Shown one piece after another: positions 48,111 through 58,727 of a stretch of DNA of 64,000 nucleotides (positions are counted from its first letter, which is position 1; each line of letters starts with the position of its first letter). Origin of the DNA: Methanothrix sp. (GTDB lineage: Archaea > Halobacteriota > Methanosarcinia > Methanotrichales > Methanotrichaceae); NCBI GenBank assembly GCA_037128175.1, contig JBAXWY010000001.1:96001-160000 (forward strand), written 5' to 3'. A program made the position numbers and the translations under genes. Below the pieces are notes generated by a model. The model was not told where the DNA came from. It made no database searches and was given only the letters and a program-made list of their open reading frames with translations.

Positions 48111-51100
48111 TTACGGCATATAGTTTTCGTAAAGATAGATGTCTTTGTCTCCACTACGATCATCGGTCCAGACGATTCGCCCCGTCTTTATGCGCGGCTG
48201 GGTCTGATTTGCCGCATCTGTGCAGATAGCTTTCTCTTTTTGCACATTAAGGTCGTAGACATAAACATCCCAATTTCCATTCCTGTTATCCTGCCAGACA
48301 ACGACGCCGTTTTCGACATCGGGATTAGTCTCATCCGCCAGACCCTTGGTAATCTGTATCTCTTTGCTGGTGTTAAGGTCGTAGGCATAGATATCCCAAT
48401 TGCCGTTACGATTATCCTGCCAGACCACCGTATGTCCGTCCGTAGCCGGATTCGTCTGATCGCTGGCATCGTTTGCCAGTGACACAGGACTCTTCCCCTG
48501 CGTCCACATCCATATATCCCAGCTGCCTAGCTTATTGTCCTGATAGACAACATAGTCTCCACCCGCCCGCTGATTAATGCCATTGGGCGGATAATCAGAG
48601 GGTAACTCTTTTTCATAGAGCGGTCTCACATAGACCATCCAGCCGAAGTAATTCTTTCTGAGGTATGCCAGATTATTTGCACTGAGGGAAATGGGTGTGG
48701 CATTCTCCAGACCGTAGACCAGCTCCGTGGAGTTGACAATGGATATGTCAAAGGTTCGGATGGACCAGTAATCCTCGATTTTATACTGGTTCAAGGGATT
48801 GCGGGACACCCAGGCGATGATGCTCCCATCGATATCCGGATACATATCTTCATACGGGCCTGCCGCTATGGGTAGCTCCAGTTCCTGGGCCAGGCTGTAA
48901 ACATAGATATCCGGTTTTCCGGTGCGATTGTCCATCCAGGCCACATAGTATCCCACCTGGTCGTTGCCGCCCACGACCGGGTAGCTTTGGTCGCCAGGTG
49001 CTTTGCATATGATGCTTGTCTGACCGGCGGTCACGGGCACTGTCCTCGGCCTGCCGTTATGGGTGTTGAGCCAGACCAGCTTTTCGTCCATGCTGGGCTT
49101 GACCTGGCCCGGCCCCATCTGCACCAGCTCATCTTTCCAGTTGGAGAGGTCCAGCTTGCGAATGGATGTGTCCGGATCGGTCCCGTCCACGTAGGAGATG
49201 TATTTTCCCGATACTACGGCATTAGTCTGCTCTCCCGGCCGGGGATAGGTCTTGCCCCACTTTTTGTCCCAGAAGTAATAGGCGATATCTTTGCTCTTGG
49301 CGTCTTCCCAGGCGATGGTGTTTCCGGATATGTCGGGATAGAGCTGATCACCGGCTTCTGTAAGTTTGGTCTCATTTCCGGTTATTAGGTCTTTGACATA
49401 GACATCAAAGTCGCCGTTTCGGTTGTCCTGCCAGACGACCAGATTGCCGCTGATGATAGGATACATCTGCTGGCCTTTTCCCTTGTAGACGGCAACGCTC
49501 TCGCCTTTCACCAGATCTTGCATGTAAACGTCCCAGTTGCCGCTGGAGTTGTCCATCCATACGACTCTTTTCCCGGAGATGGAAGGCCAGGTCTGATCCC
49601 CTTTGCCCGTCACAACGGCTGATTCAATGCCGGTGGTCATATTCTTCATATAGATGTCAGCGTCCTTATTTCTATAATCCGTCCAGACCACAGTATTCCC
49701 CGAAGCTTTGGGATAGAGCTGATCCCAATCTCCTTGGGAGATGGGCTTTTCCGCCCGTGTGAAGAAATCAAAGCCAAAGATATTCCAGTTGCCCCTCCGG
49801 TTGTCGCTCCATACCAGCAGGCTACCGTTGGTGCTGGGAAAATCGGTGGCGAGTAACAGCAGCGGATCGGAATTGATGTACCTCATCTTGATCTGGGAAA
49901 AGCCATTGCTGTTATCCATCCATACAATCTTGTTGTCTGATATGATCTTGGAAGAGAGGTATGGCTTTATTTGATCCGGATCGCCCTTGCCGTCATTGGG
50001 CGTCTGCTGCATAGGAAGTGTGGCAACCGGTATTTCCACTCCTTTTCCCAGATCATGGAGATAAATATCCGAATCTCCCCCCCTAACATCCAGCCAGGCT
50101 ACATAATTATTGTATATCGTCGTATAGCCCTGGTTGGCGGAGTTGATTGTTACTGCTCTTTCGGTTTTGGTGGATAGGTCGTAGGTGTAAATGTCCCAAT
50201 TCTTATTTCTGCCATCGGCCCAGACCACGGTATTGTCACATATCCAGGGTTGAGCCTGCCGATTAGGATCAGTGCAGATAGCGGTCTCCTCACTCGAGGT
50301 CAGGTTGTAGAGATAAACATCCCATTTATTTTCACCGCTGCGGGAATCGATCCAGACGATTTTGTCGCCGTTTATCACAGGTGAGAGCTTGAAGGACTTT
50401 ACAGTGGTGATTTGCCTCTCTTTTCCTTTAGCGATGTCGTAGAGATAAATCTCCTCGCTGCCTGAGCGTTTATCGATCCAGATGATATTATTTCCGTCGA
50501 TCATTGCGTAACGGTTGTCGGATGAACCATTGGTAACCGTTGTGGTCTTCTTCGTCAACAGGTTATAGAGGAAGATGTTGAGGTTTCCTGTGCTCTTGTC
50601 CGTCCAGATCACATTTTCGCCGCTGGTGTCAGGACTGCTGTGGTCAAAATCGCTATTGGTAATGATTTGTTCCTTGTTGGTAGTGGTGTTGAACAGATAA
50701 ACGTTGAAGTATCCATTCCGGTTGTCCGTCCAGACGACGTTGTCCCCGGAGAGGGAGGGATTGGTATGGTTGAAAGGCCCGCTGGTTATGGATACATCGG
50801 CTAAAATCTTGAAGTCGTACATCCGGATATCCGGATCGCTCGGACCTTGCCGGTACTCCGTCCAGACGACGCCACGATCGCTAATGTCCGGCTCCATCTT
50901 TATGGTTCCCGGTGCCAAGGGGAAATCATCGCCGCTCTTGATGTTATAAAGATTGATATCGGTGCGGTTGTTGAGGTAGGCAATAAAGTTGCCAAAAATC
51001 CTGGGATCAGTCTGCATGCCGGGCTTAGTAAGCGTAGTCGTCTTCTTAGTAGTAATATCCATGAAGGCGATGTCGGACTCGCCGGTACGATTATCCGCCC

Positions 51101-51755
51101 AAGCTACGACGTTCCCATAAACAGAAGGAAACGACTGATCATTTGGCCCAGTGGATATGGGCGACTCTTTGCCGCCGGCAATATCGTACATGTAAACGTC
51201 AAAATCGCCGGAGCGCTTATCCATCCAGACTATTTTATCGCCATTAATCTTGGGCTCAATTTGCTCACCCTTCCCGGTGGAAACGATGCTCTCCTTCTTG
51301 CTTGTCAGGTCGTAGAGACCAATGTTATAGGTGCCGTCGCGGTCATCGGCCCAAACCACCAGATTTCCGCTGATGTCGGGTTGGGTTTGGTTGCCTTCGG
51401 CTGCAGTTACCGCTGATTCGGTGCGGTTGACGGCATCGTACATGTAGATGTCTCCGTTGCCCGCGCGCATGTCCTGCCAGACGATGCATTCGCCGGATAC
51501 AGCAGGATTGATCTGGAAGAACGGATTAATGCATACCCATTTCTCCAGGCCGGTCTCCAGATCGTACATGAATATGTCGAAGTTTCCACTCCGGTTATCC
51601 GACCAGGCTACAATATGTCCGTCCATGGCGGGCTGCATCTGCTCCGAGCCCACCAGAATGGCTATGGGGCGCTCTTTTCCATATTCCGCCCCGCCGACAG
51701 CGCCAACAACGAGAAGTGCTGCCGTTATGATCATAATGAAGATTGCCTTGTGCAT
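48111..51755 (-). CDS. Secreted multi-beta-propeller cell-surface protein
   Basis: Signal peptide; many ~41-aa repeats P.I.G..VVW.D.R.G..DIY.YDL. Confidence 0.9.
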   Translation of the reverse strand: MHKAIFIMIITAALLVVGAVGGAEYGKERPIAILVGSEQMQPAMDGHIVAWSDNRSGNFDIFMYDLETGLEKWVCINPFFQINPAVSGECIVWQDMRAGNGDIYMYDAVNRTESAVTAAEGNQTQPDISGNLVVWADDRDGTYNIGLYDLTSKKESIVSTGKGEQIEPKINGDKIVWMDKRSGDFDVYMYDIAGGKESPISTGPNDQSFPSVYGNVVAWADNRTGESDIAFMDITTKKTTTLTKPGMQTDPRIFGNFIAYLNNRTDINLYNIKSGDDFPLAPGTIKMEPDISDRGVVWTEYRQGPSDPDIRMYDFKILADVSITSGPFNHTNPSLSGDNVVWTDNRNGYFNVYLFNTTTNKEQIITNSDFDHSSPDTSGENVIWTDKSTGNLNIFLYNLLTKKTTTVTNGSSDNRYAMIDGNNIIWIDKRSGSEEIYLYDIAKGKERQITTVKSFKLSPVINGDKIVWIDSRSGENKWDVYLYNLTSSEETAICTDPNRQAQPWICDNTVVWADGRNKNWDIYTYDLSTKTERAVTINSANQGYTTIYNNYVAWLDVRGGDSDIYLHDLGKGVEIPVATLPMQQTPNDGKGDPDQIKPYLSSKIISDNKIVWMDNSNGFSQIKMRYINSDPLLLLATDFPSTNGSLLVWSDNRRGNWNIFGFDFFTRAEKPISQGDWDQLYPKASGNTVVWTDYRNKDADIYMKNMTTGIESAVVTGKGDQTWPSISGKRVVWMDNSSGNWDVYMQDLVKGESVAVYKGKGQQMYPIISGNLVVWQDNRNGDFDVYVKDLITGNETKLTEAGDQLYPDISGNTIAWEDAKSKDIAYYFWDKKWGKTYPRPGEQTNAVVSGKYISYVDGTDPDTSIRKLDLSNWKDELVQMGPGQVKPSMDEKLVWLNTHNGRPRTVPVTAGQTSIICKAPGDQSYPVVGGNDQVGYYVAWMDNRTGKPDIYVYSLAQELELPIAAGPYEDMYPDIDGSIIAWVSRNPLNQYKIEDYWSIRTFDISIVNSTELVYGLENATPISLSANNLAYLRKNYFGWMVYVRPLYEKELPSDYPPNGINQRAGGDYVVYQDNKLGSWDIWMWTQGKSPVSLANDASDQTNPATDGHTVVWQDNRNGNWDIYAYDLNTSKEIQITKGLADETNPDVENGVVVWQDNRNGNWDVYVYDLNVQKEKAICTDAANQTQPRIKTGRIVWTDDRSGDKDIYLYENYMP

Positions 51756-51889
51756 CTTATCACTCTGTGATCGAATGTTTTTCCTTCTCAGGGTGCTTTT
51801 GGCGAACCCATATAAGGACTTTTCTCGACGTTTGTCGTGATCGGTCCCAAAAGGATATTTCTAATAGTTTTTGATCACGGTTGGATTTA

Positions 51890-51951
51890 ACTTGTAGGAT
51901 TGCGAAGGACGAAGTGGGAAGTCCCCATCCTTCAGGGCGGGGAGCGTTCAC
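51890..51951 (+). mobile_element. Isolated IS200/IS605 right-end remnant
   Basis: GAAGTGGGAAGTCCCCATCCTTCAGGGCGGGGAGCGTTCAC, homologous to the right end of 32644-32958; left boundary uncertain. Confidence 0.7.
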
Positions 51952-51952
51952 G

Positions 51953-53635
51953 TTAACGGATCATGGTTCTGCCCAAGGTTACCAGGAAGAGGGCCAAAAG
52001 CAGCCAGCCTAAAACCGCCTCCACAGTAGCCAAATAACGGAAGACGCCTACCGGGAACCATTTTACTTGAGTCTTGGCTGTGAAGACCATGGCGCTGAAG
52101 TAGATATTGTCCAGGAAGTTGAGAGCTTCTTGGGGAGCGATGCTGGGTCCGGCACCATTTAGCGGCTCCACCACAATGCCGTCTCCCATCCAGAAGAGAA
52201 GTGCAAAGAGTATGATCAGAAAGCAGCTCAAAAATACGGTATTCCTGGGCCGGACGCCGTATCCGCATGAGATCCAGGCCACGGCGTCCAGGAGTTTGGA
52301 CCAGTTTATCTTGATCAACATTTTTTCCCGAAAGACCAGGGTCTTGCCGGACTGGCTCATGCGCCGATAATGGTAGTAGCAGTCGTCTGCATCTTCGAAC
52401 CACTCCTGGGTTCTGAAATTCTTGGCCAAAGAAAGGTATGCTGCGCCGTCGTAGGCCAGATGTTGGCTTAGTGTGGGCCATCTGACCTCCAGGCGGGCGA
52501 AATTTGCGTTATGCAGATCGATCTGCCCGGCAAACACCGCGTCAAAGAGACGCATGACCTGGATTTTTGCATTTGCTAAATCCAGGTTCTTTTGAAAATT
52601 TGAGCAGGAGAAATTTGCTGTTCCTGTAAACAGCGTCCCCCGGAAGAATGCTTCTTTGCAGAACTGAGCGCTTCTAAAGTCGGCTTCCTCTAAAAAAGAG
52701 ACATCAGAGAATTGGGCCTCTCCTGCAAAGACCGCCTGATCGAATATTGCATCCTCTTGAAAGCAAGACCCCTGGAAGGATGCCTTTCCCTGGAAATGAG
52801 ATCCTGTGAAGTTGACATCCAAGAACTCGGCCCGGAAGAAGTTAGCTTCTTTCGCCATGTATGAACCTAAAAAAATGGCATTGCCTTGAAAGGAGGCAAA
52901 CTCCATATTGAGCTCTTCATTGAAGTTTGCACCGCGAAAATCGGCGTTTCCGGATAGTGCAGCGCTCTGAAAGCTGGCATAGCCCATGAATTTGGCACCC
53001 TGGTAATTAGCATCGGCAAGAAAGATCGCCTTCCAGAAACTGACCGATCTTCCAAAAGACGTTTGCCGGAAGTTGGCAGTCCCGGAAAATTTGGCCTGTG
53101 TGAAGTCGGCTTCATCCCGAAAGCTTGCCTCTCCAAAGTTGGTGCACAGCTTGCTGAAGCGAGCCGAGACGAAGTGGGCCTGGCAATCGAAGACTGCATT
53201 GCCGAAGTTGGCTATGGCGGAAAAATGTGTCCCCTGGAATCGAGCTGAGCCACGGAAATTTACATCTCGGAAGGTGGCATATCTCTTAAAGCTGCAGGAT
53301 TCAAATCCGGCTCCGCCTGAGAAAGATGCACCTTTAAAGCGCGCCTCCTGCAAAAAGGTGCAACCGCACAGGTCCAGGCCTTCTCGCAACAGGGCATGAG
53401 CAAAGTTCACGTTTCCCTGAAACTCAGAGTTCCTGATCTGGATCTTAGAGACCACGACCGCTGCTGTCTGCGTCTCTTTAGCGGGGCGCTCACAATGAAT
53501 GATGGGCAGATCCAGCCTGGTGATGTCTATGTCACCGACTATGGCCACGTGATCGTAGATGAGCGGATCGCCATTCTCGATCCTGGTTAGAAGCTCGCGG
53601 GCCTCAATTACGGGAAGATGCGGCTCTTCGGACAT
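51953..53635 (-). CDS. Pentapeptide repeats plus 2TM channel-like domain, no signal peptide
   Basis: A.F..A.F repeats; WISCGYGVRP, NIYFSAMVFT, EAVLGWLLLALFLVTLGR. Confidence 0.88.
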   Translation of the reverse strand: MSEEPHLPVIEARELLTRIENGDPLIYDHVAIVGDIDITRLDLPIIHCERPAKETQTAAVVVSKIQIRNSEFQGNVNFAHALLREGLDLCGCTFLQEARFKGASFSGGAGFESCSFKRYATFRDVNFRGSARFQGTHFSAIANFGNAVFDCQAHFVSARFSKLCTNFGEASFRDEADFTQAKFSGTANFRQTSFGRSVSFWKAIFLADANYQGAKFMGYASFQSAALSGNADFRGANFNEELNMEFASFQGNAIFLGSYMAKEANFFRAEFLDVNFTGSHFQGKASFQGSCFQEDAIFDQAVFAGEAQFSDVSFLEEADFRSAQFCKEAFFRGTLFTGTANFSCSNFQKNLDLANAKIQVMRLFDAVFAGQIDLHNANFARLEVRWPTLSQHLAYDGAAYLSLAKNFRTQEWFEDADDCYYHYRRMSQSGKTLVFREKMLIKINWSKLLDAVAWISCGYGVRPRNTVFLSCFLIILFALLFWMGDGIVVEPLNGAGPSIAPQEALNFLDNIYFSAMVFTAKTQVKWFPVGVFRYLATVEAVLGWLLLALFLVTLGRTMIR

Positions 53636-53785
53636 GACCCTCGCCTCGGCATATGACAATTCGGTTAAGAGTTATAATCTTTTTTAATAGATGGTGGTGC
53701 AGTTTTGCTCCATCGCCTGGGCTCAAATCAGCAATGACTATATATTCCTTGTGTCAACCCCCTAACCACATCGGGAGGAACCAAG

Positions 53786-55006
53786 TTGAAGGATTATCTC
53801 ATAATGGATGACGTCATGCTTGATCATAAAAGGGTCCTGGTGAGGGTGGACTTCAACTCTCCCATGGACCCCAGCGGAAATATCCTGGATGATAAGCGCA
53901 TAAAAAGTCACTTAGAAACTCTGCGCACTCTGGAGGACTGCCGGGTGGTTCTCATGGCGCACCAGAGCCGGGCCGGAAAGAAGGATTATACCACGCTAGA
54001 GGCTCATGCCCGCCTGGCAACGCGGCTCTTACGTCGCGATGTCGCTTACATTGATGATATCTTCGGATCGCATGCCCAGCAAGCCATAAAATCACTGCTG
54101 CCGGGGGAGGTTCTTCTTCTGGAAAATACCCGATTTTATGCAGAAGAGAACATGAACCGAAGCCCTGCCGATCATGCCAAAAGCCACATGGTGAGAAAGC
54201 TGGCGCCGTTATTTGATCTTTTCATAAATGATGCTTTTGCAGTTTCCCATCGCTCTCACTGCTCCGTGGTGGGATTTACTGAGGTGCTGCCTAGCTACGC
54301 CGGGCTTCTTATGGACAAGGAGATCACGGCACTGGATAAGGGGTTAAAGGGCAATGAGCATCCAACCGTCTTCTCTTTAGGTGGAACGAAGGCGGACGAT
54401 TCCATCAAAGTCACGCAAAATGTTCTAAGTCGCGGCGGTGCCGATAAGATCCTGACCTCGGGAGTCGTAGCCACCGTCTTCATGATGGCGGCAGGCATTA
54501 ATGTGGGCGAGGCCAATCGCAAGTTCGTGGAGGATCAGGAGTATCTGGACCAAATTCCTATTGCGGCAAAGCTTTTGCATGATTACCCGGGCAAGATCAT
54601 ACTGCCTGTGGATGTAGCTTTGAACCAGAATGGCGAGCGAGTGGAAGTTGCCGTGGACAAGCTCCCCACCGATTTGCCCATCGCCGACATTGGCCTGGAG
54701 ACCATTGTCATCTACTCTAAGTATATGAAAGAGGCCAAGGTTACCGTTCTCAATGGGCCGACTGGTGTCTTCGAGCAGGAGAAGTTCCGGCTTGGCACAT
54801 CAGAGCTCTTGAAAGCGGCCACCGAGTCGGGCTATTCCATTGCCGGCGGAGGGCATAGCGTGGCGGCCATCGAGCAACTGGGCCTGGAGTCCAAGTTCAC
54901 TCATGTGAGCATGGGGGGCGGCGCGTCCATCACCTATCTCTCAGGCGAGCCGTTGCCCGGCATTGAAGCTCTTAAGAAGGCGGCTCTTCGGGCACGAAAG
55001 ATCTGA
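53786..55006 (+). CDS. pgk: Phosphoglycerate kinase
   Basis: RVDFNSP, LLENTRF, NDAFAVSHR, LGG.K..D, NGPTGVFE, GGGHS, HVS.GGGAS. Confidence 0.97.
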   Translation: MKDYLIMDDVMLDHKRVLVRVDFNSPMDPSGNILDDKRIKSHLETLRTLEDCRVVLMAHQSRAGKKDYTTLEAHARLATRLLRRDVAYIDDIFGSHAQQAIKSLLPGEVLLLENTRFYAEENMNRSPADHAKSHMVRKLAPLFDLFINDAFAVSHRSHCSVVGFTEVLPSYAGLLMDKEITALDKGLKGNEHPTVFSLGGTKADDSIKVTQNVLSRGGADKILTSGVVATVFMMAAGINVGEANRKFVEDQEYLDQIPIAAKLLHDYPGKIILPVDVALNQNGERVEVAVDKLPTDLPIADIGLETIVIYSKYMKEAKVTVLNGPTGVFEQEKFRLGTSELLKAATESGYSIAGGGHSVAAIEQLGLESKFTHVSMGGGASITYLSGEPLPGIEALKKAALRARKI

Positions 55007-55018
55007 TGTTTCGAGCCT

Positions 55019-55957
55019 TCAGGGCAGGCTATCTACTAATTTTTTTCGGCATGCCTCCAGGATAGCGGAAGGTTCGCCTACTGCCTCCAGCGCGGCTGCC
55101 GACCTGTGTCCCCCGCCATCGCCCCCGTGGGATTTGCCCACCTCTCCTAAGAGCTTTGCCAGGTTGCAGCCCCTCCGGGCCGCCTCGCGGCTACAGCGGG
55201 CGCTGACCCGGACCGTGCCCCCATGCCGTCCTGCCACGAAGGCTACGTCTGCGCCTAAATCCACTAAAGCCATGGCCGCGGAGCCCTCGAAGGAGTTGAC
55301 AGTGGTGCAGGCGACAAGCCAGTCTCCCTGGCGCATGACCTCAGCCCGAGAGGCGGCTTTTAGGACGGCAATTCTTTGCGAGATGTTCGCAGGTGCAAAA
55401 AGGGCCTCCTGTGCCTCTTCATAAGCAAAGCCTCCGGCATCTAAGATCTCGGCTGCCGCCAGGAAAGCGCCAGGAGTGGCGCGCTTGAAGCGGCCGGTGT
55501 CGGCGATCATGCCGGCCAGAAGTCCCAGGGCCGCGTTTCGGTCGATCTTCTTGCCGTTTTCTTTTAAAATCGTCCAGACTATCTCCGCCGTGGACTTGGC
55601 AGGCTTTTGTATGTAGAAAAGGGCGTCGTCCAGCAGTCCTTCGTCCAGGTGGTGGTCCACCAGGGCATAGTTGGCCGGCAGCCTGTTGCCCAGTTGCGTA
55701 CCTACCGATGTGTCTACTACTACCACCAGATCGTAGTCTTCCACGAGGGGGTTAATCAGTACATGGGCTCCGATAACATTGGCCAGGGAAACGCCCGTGC
55801 GGCTCAAATCGTCTACAGCGCCGATTGCGCCTCCAAAGGCCCGGCTCAGGGCAAAGCTGCTTCCGATGGCATCGGGATCGGCGTTCCTGTGGCAGAGGTA
55901 GAGGACATTTCTATACCGGCCGATGTGATCGCCATACTGTTGCTCGCTTATGCGCAT
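55019..55957 (-). CDS. DHH/DHHA1-family phosphoesterase
   Basis: HRNADPDA, VVDT, VDHH, GMIADTG, GGGH..AA. Confidence 0.9.
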   Translation of the reverse strand: MRISEQQYGDHIGRYRNVLYLCHRNADPDAIGSSFALSRAFGGAIGAVDDLSRTGVSLANVIGAHVLINPLVEDYDLVVVVDTSVGTQLGNRLPANYALVDHHLDEGLLDDALFYIQKPAKSTAEIVWTILKENGKKIDRNAALGLLAGMIADTGRFKRATPGAFLAAAEILDAGGFAYEEAQEALFAPANISQRIAVLKAASRAEVMRQGDWLVACTTVNSFEGSAAMALVDLGADVAFVAGRHGGTVRVSARCSREAARRGCNLAKLLGEVGKSHGGDGGGHRSAAALEAVGEPSAILEACRKKLVDSLP

Positions 55958-56101
55958 GGCTTTGTTTGAGCTATGAGAATTGATATAGGTTGTCAAGGTG
56001 AGGAAAAAATGGGAAAACAATTCTGGAAGATGGCTTTGCCTGTCTGGCAGGCCACCCTCATCTTTTCTTTAGGCTGCAATACATTGGCAAGTCGCTATTG
56101 C

Positions 56102-56599
56102 TTATCTTCCGCCTCGCTGCTGGCAGCCGGACTCACGTCCATTTCCCGCTTGGCCGCTGCCCATGCCCTGGCAGTTCTCACCCTGGCCCATCGGCCCCTG
56201 GTCGTTCATACCCATCATACCATTGCCCATCATGCCGGGGCCATTCTCGCCCATGCGGTCCTTTTTCATTTCCTTGATCTGGGCCAGAGTCATGTTGCCG
56301 AGTTTTTCCATCTGCTTTTGGCGAAGCTCGTCAATCTGAGCCATTGTCATGTTGTTCAGTTCAGCCATCTTCTGCTCTTGCAGCTCTTTGATCTGGTTTA
56401 AGGTCATGTTATCGAAATTTTCCCTTGTGGCGTCATCCACCAGGAGCATCCAGTTATGCGGTCCATCAAAACCGCCTCTCTGCAAGGAGGCATTGCATCT
56501 CTCTTTGTTGTTCGAATCCAGTCCAGCGGCCAGGGCCGGTGCCATAGAAAGGCAGACCACAGCCAGCGCCATTACGGCTAATGCAATTTTTGTTTTCAT
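56102..56599 (-). CDS. Secreted Met-rich NMTLNQIK-repeat protein (paralogue of 16511)
   Basis: KIAL...A.VCL..APAL signal; MLLVDD.T...NMTLNQIKEL, NMTMAQID, NMTLAQIK. Confidence 0.8.
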   Translation of the reverse strand: MKTKIALAVMALAVVCLSMAPALAAGLDSNNKERCNASLQRGGFDGPHNWMLLVDDATRENFDNMTLNQIKELQEQKMAELNNMTMAQIDELRQKQMEKLGNMTLAQIKEMKKDRMGENGPGMMGNGMMGMNDQGPMGQGENCQGMGSGQAGNGRESGCQQRGGR

Positions 56600-56681
56600 A
56601 TCTTTATACCTCGCAACTTTTTCTTCGAGAATGTCCTGCGATTGGATCGCTTGCGACATTCACTAAGCACCACCAGTGTCA

Positions 56682-56769
56682 GGAACGATAGAAAAGGGTG
56701 AGACCGAACGAACGGTCCTAAAAGCACTGGAATATCTAATTGAAAGCCAATAAAAGGTACGGGAACGTT
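56682..56769 (-). promoter_or_regulatory. Conserved three-box upstream element, site B
   Basis: Reverse complement reads AACGTT-N5-ACCTTTT...ACCGTTCGTTCGG-N8-TTTTCTATCGTTCC, as at 16313-16400. Confidence 0.75.
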
Positions 56770-56954
56770 TCGTTAATACTAAATTGTGCAAATACAGTTT
56801 TGTTTCAATGATTTAATCTTAAAAATCAATATTTTCAAGATTCAGCTCTGATTAGGCCAGAATGCAGATATGGCAATGTCCCTCTCACCAGGAGGCCCGA
56901 CCGGCAGAGCACCGGTCGAGCCGCGCCTTGATAAAAGTTAAAAGAGGGAGGACC

Positions 56955-58582
<1,628 letters not shown>

Positions 58583-58727
58583 TACCACCAACAATTAAGA
58601 CAGAAACCTAATTGATAAGCATATTTAGGATAAAGTATGCGCAGTTCATAATAAGTATGAAAAGATCTTAAGCTAGGATTCATATTAATAATGATTATAG
58701 ATTAATTGTGAACGGCTTTTTGCATTC

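Noticed and set aside
48111-51755. Repetitive DNA in the beta-propeller gene as a DGR or array
   Set aside because: Explained by protein repeats; no reverse transcriptase or adenine-specific TR/VR pair seen.
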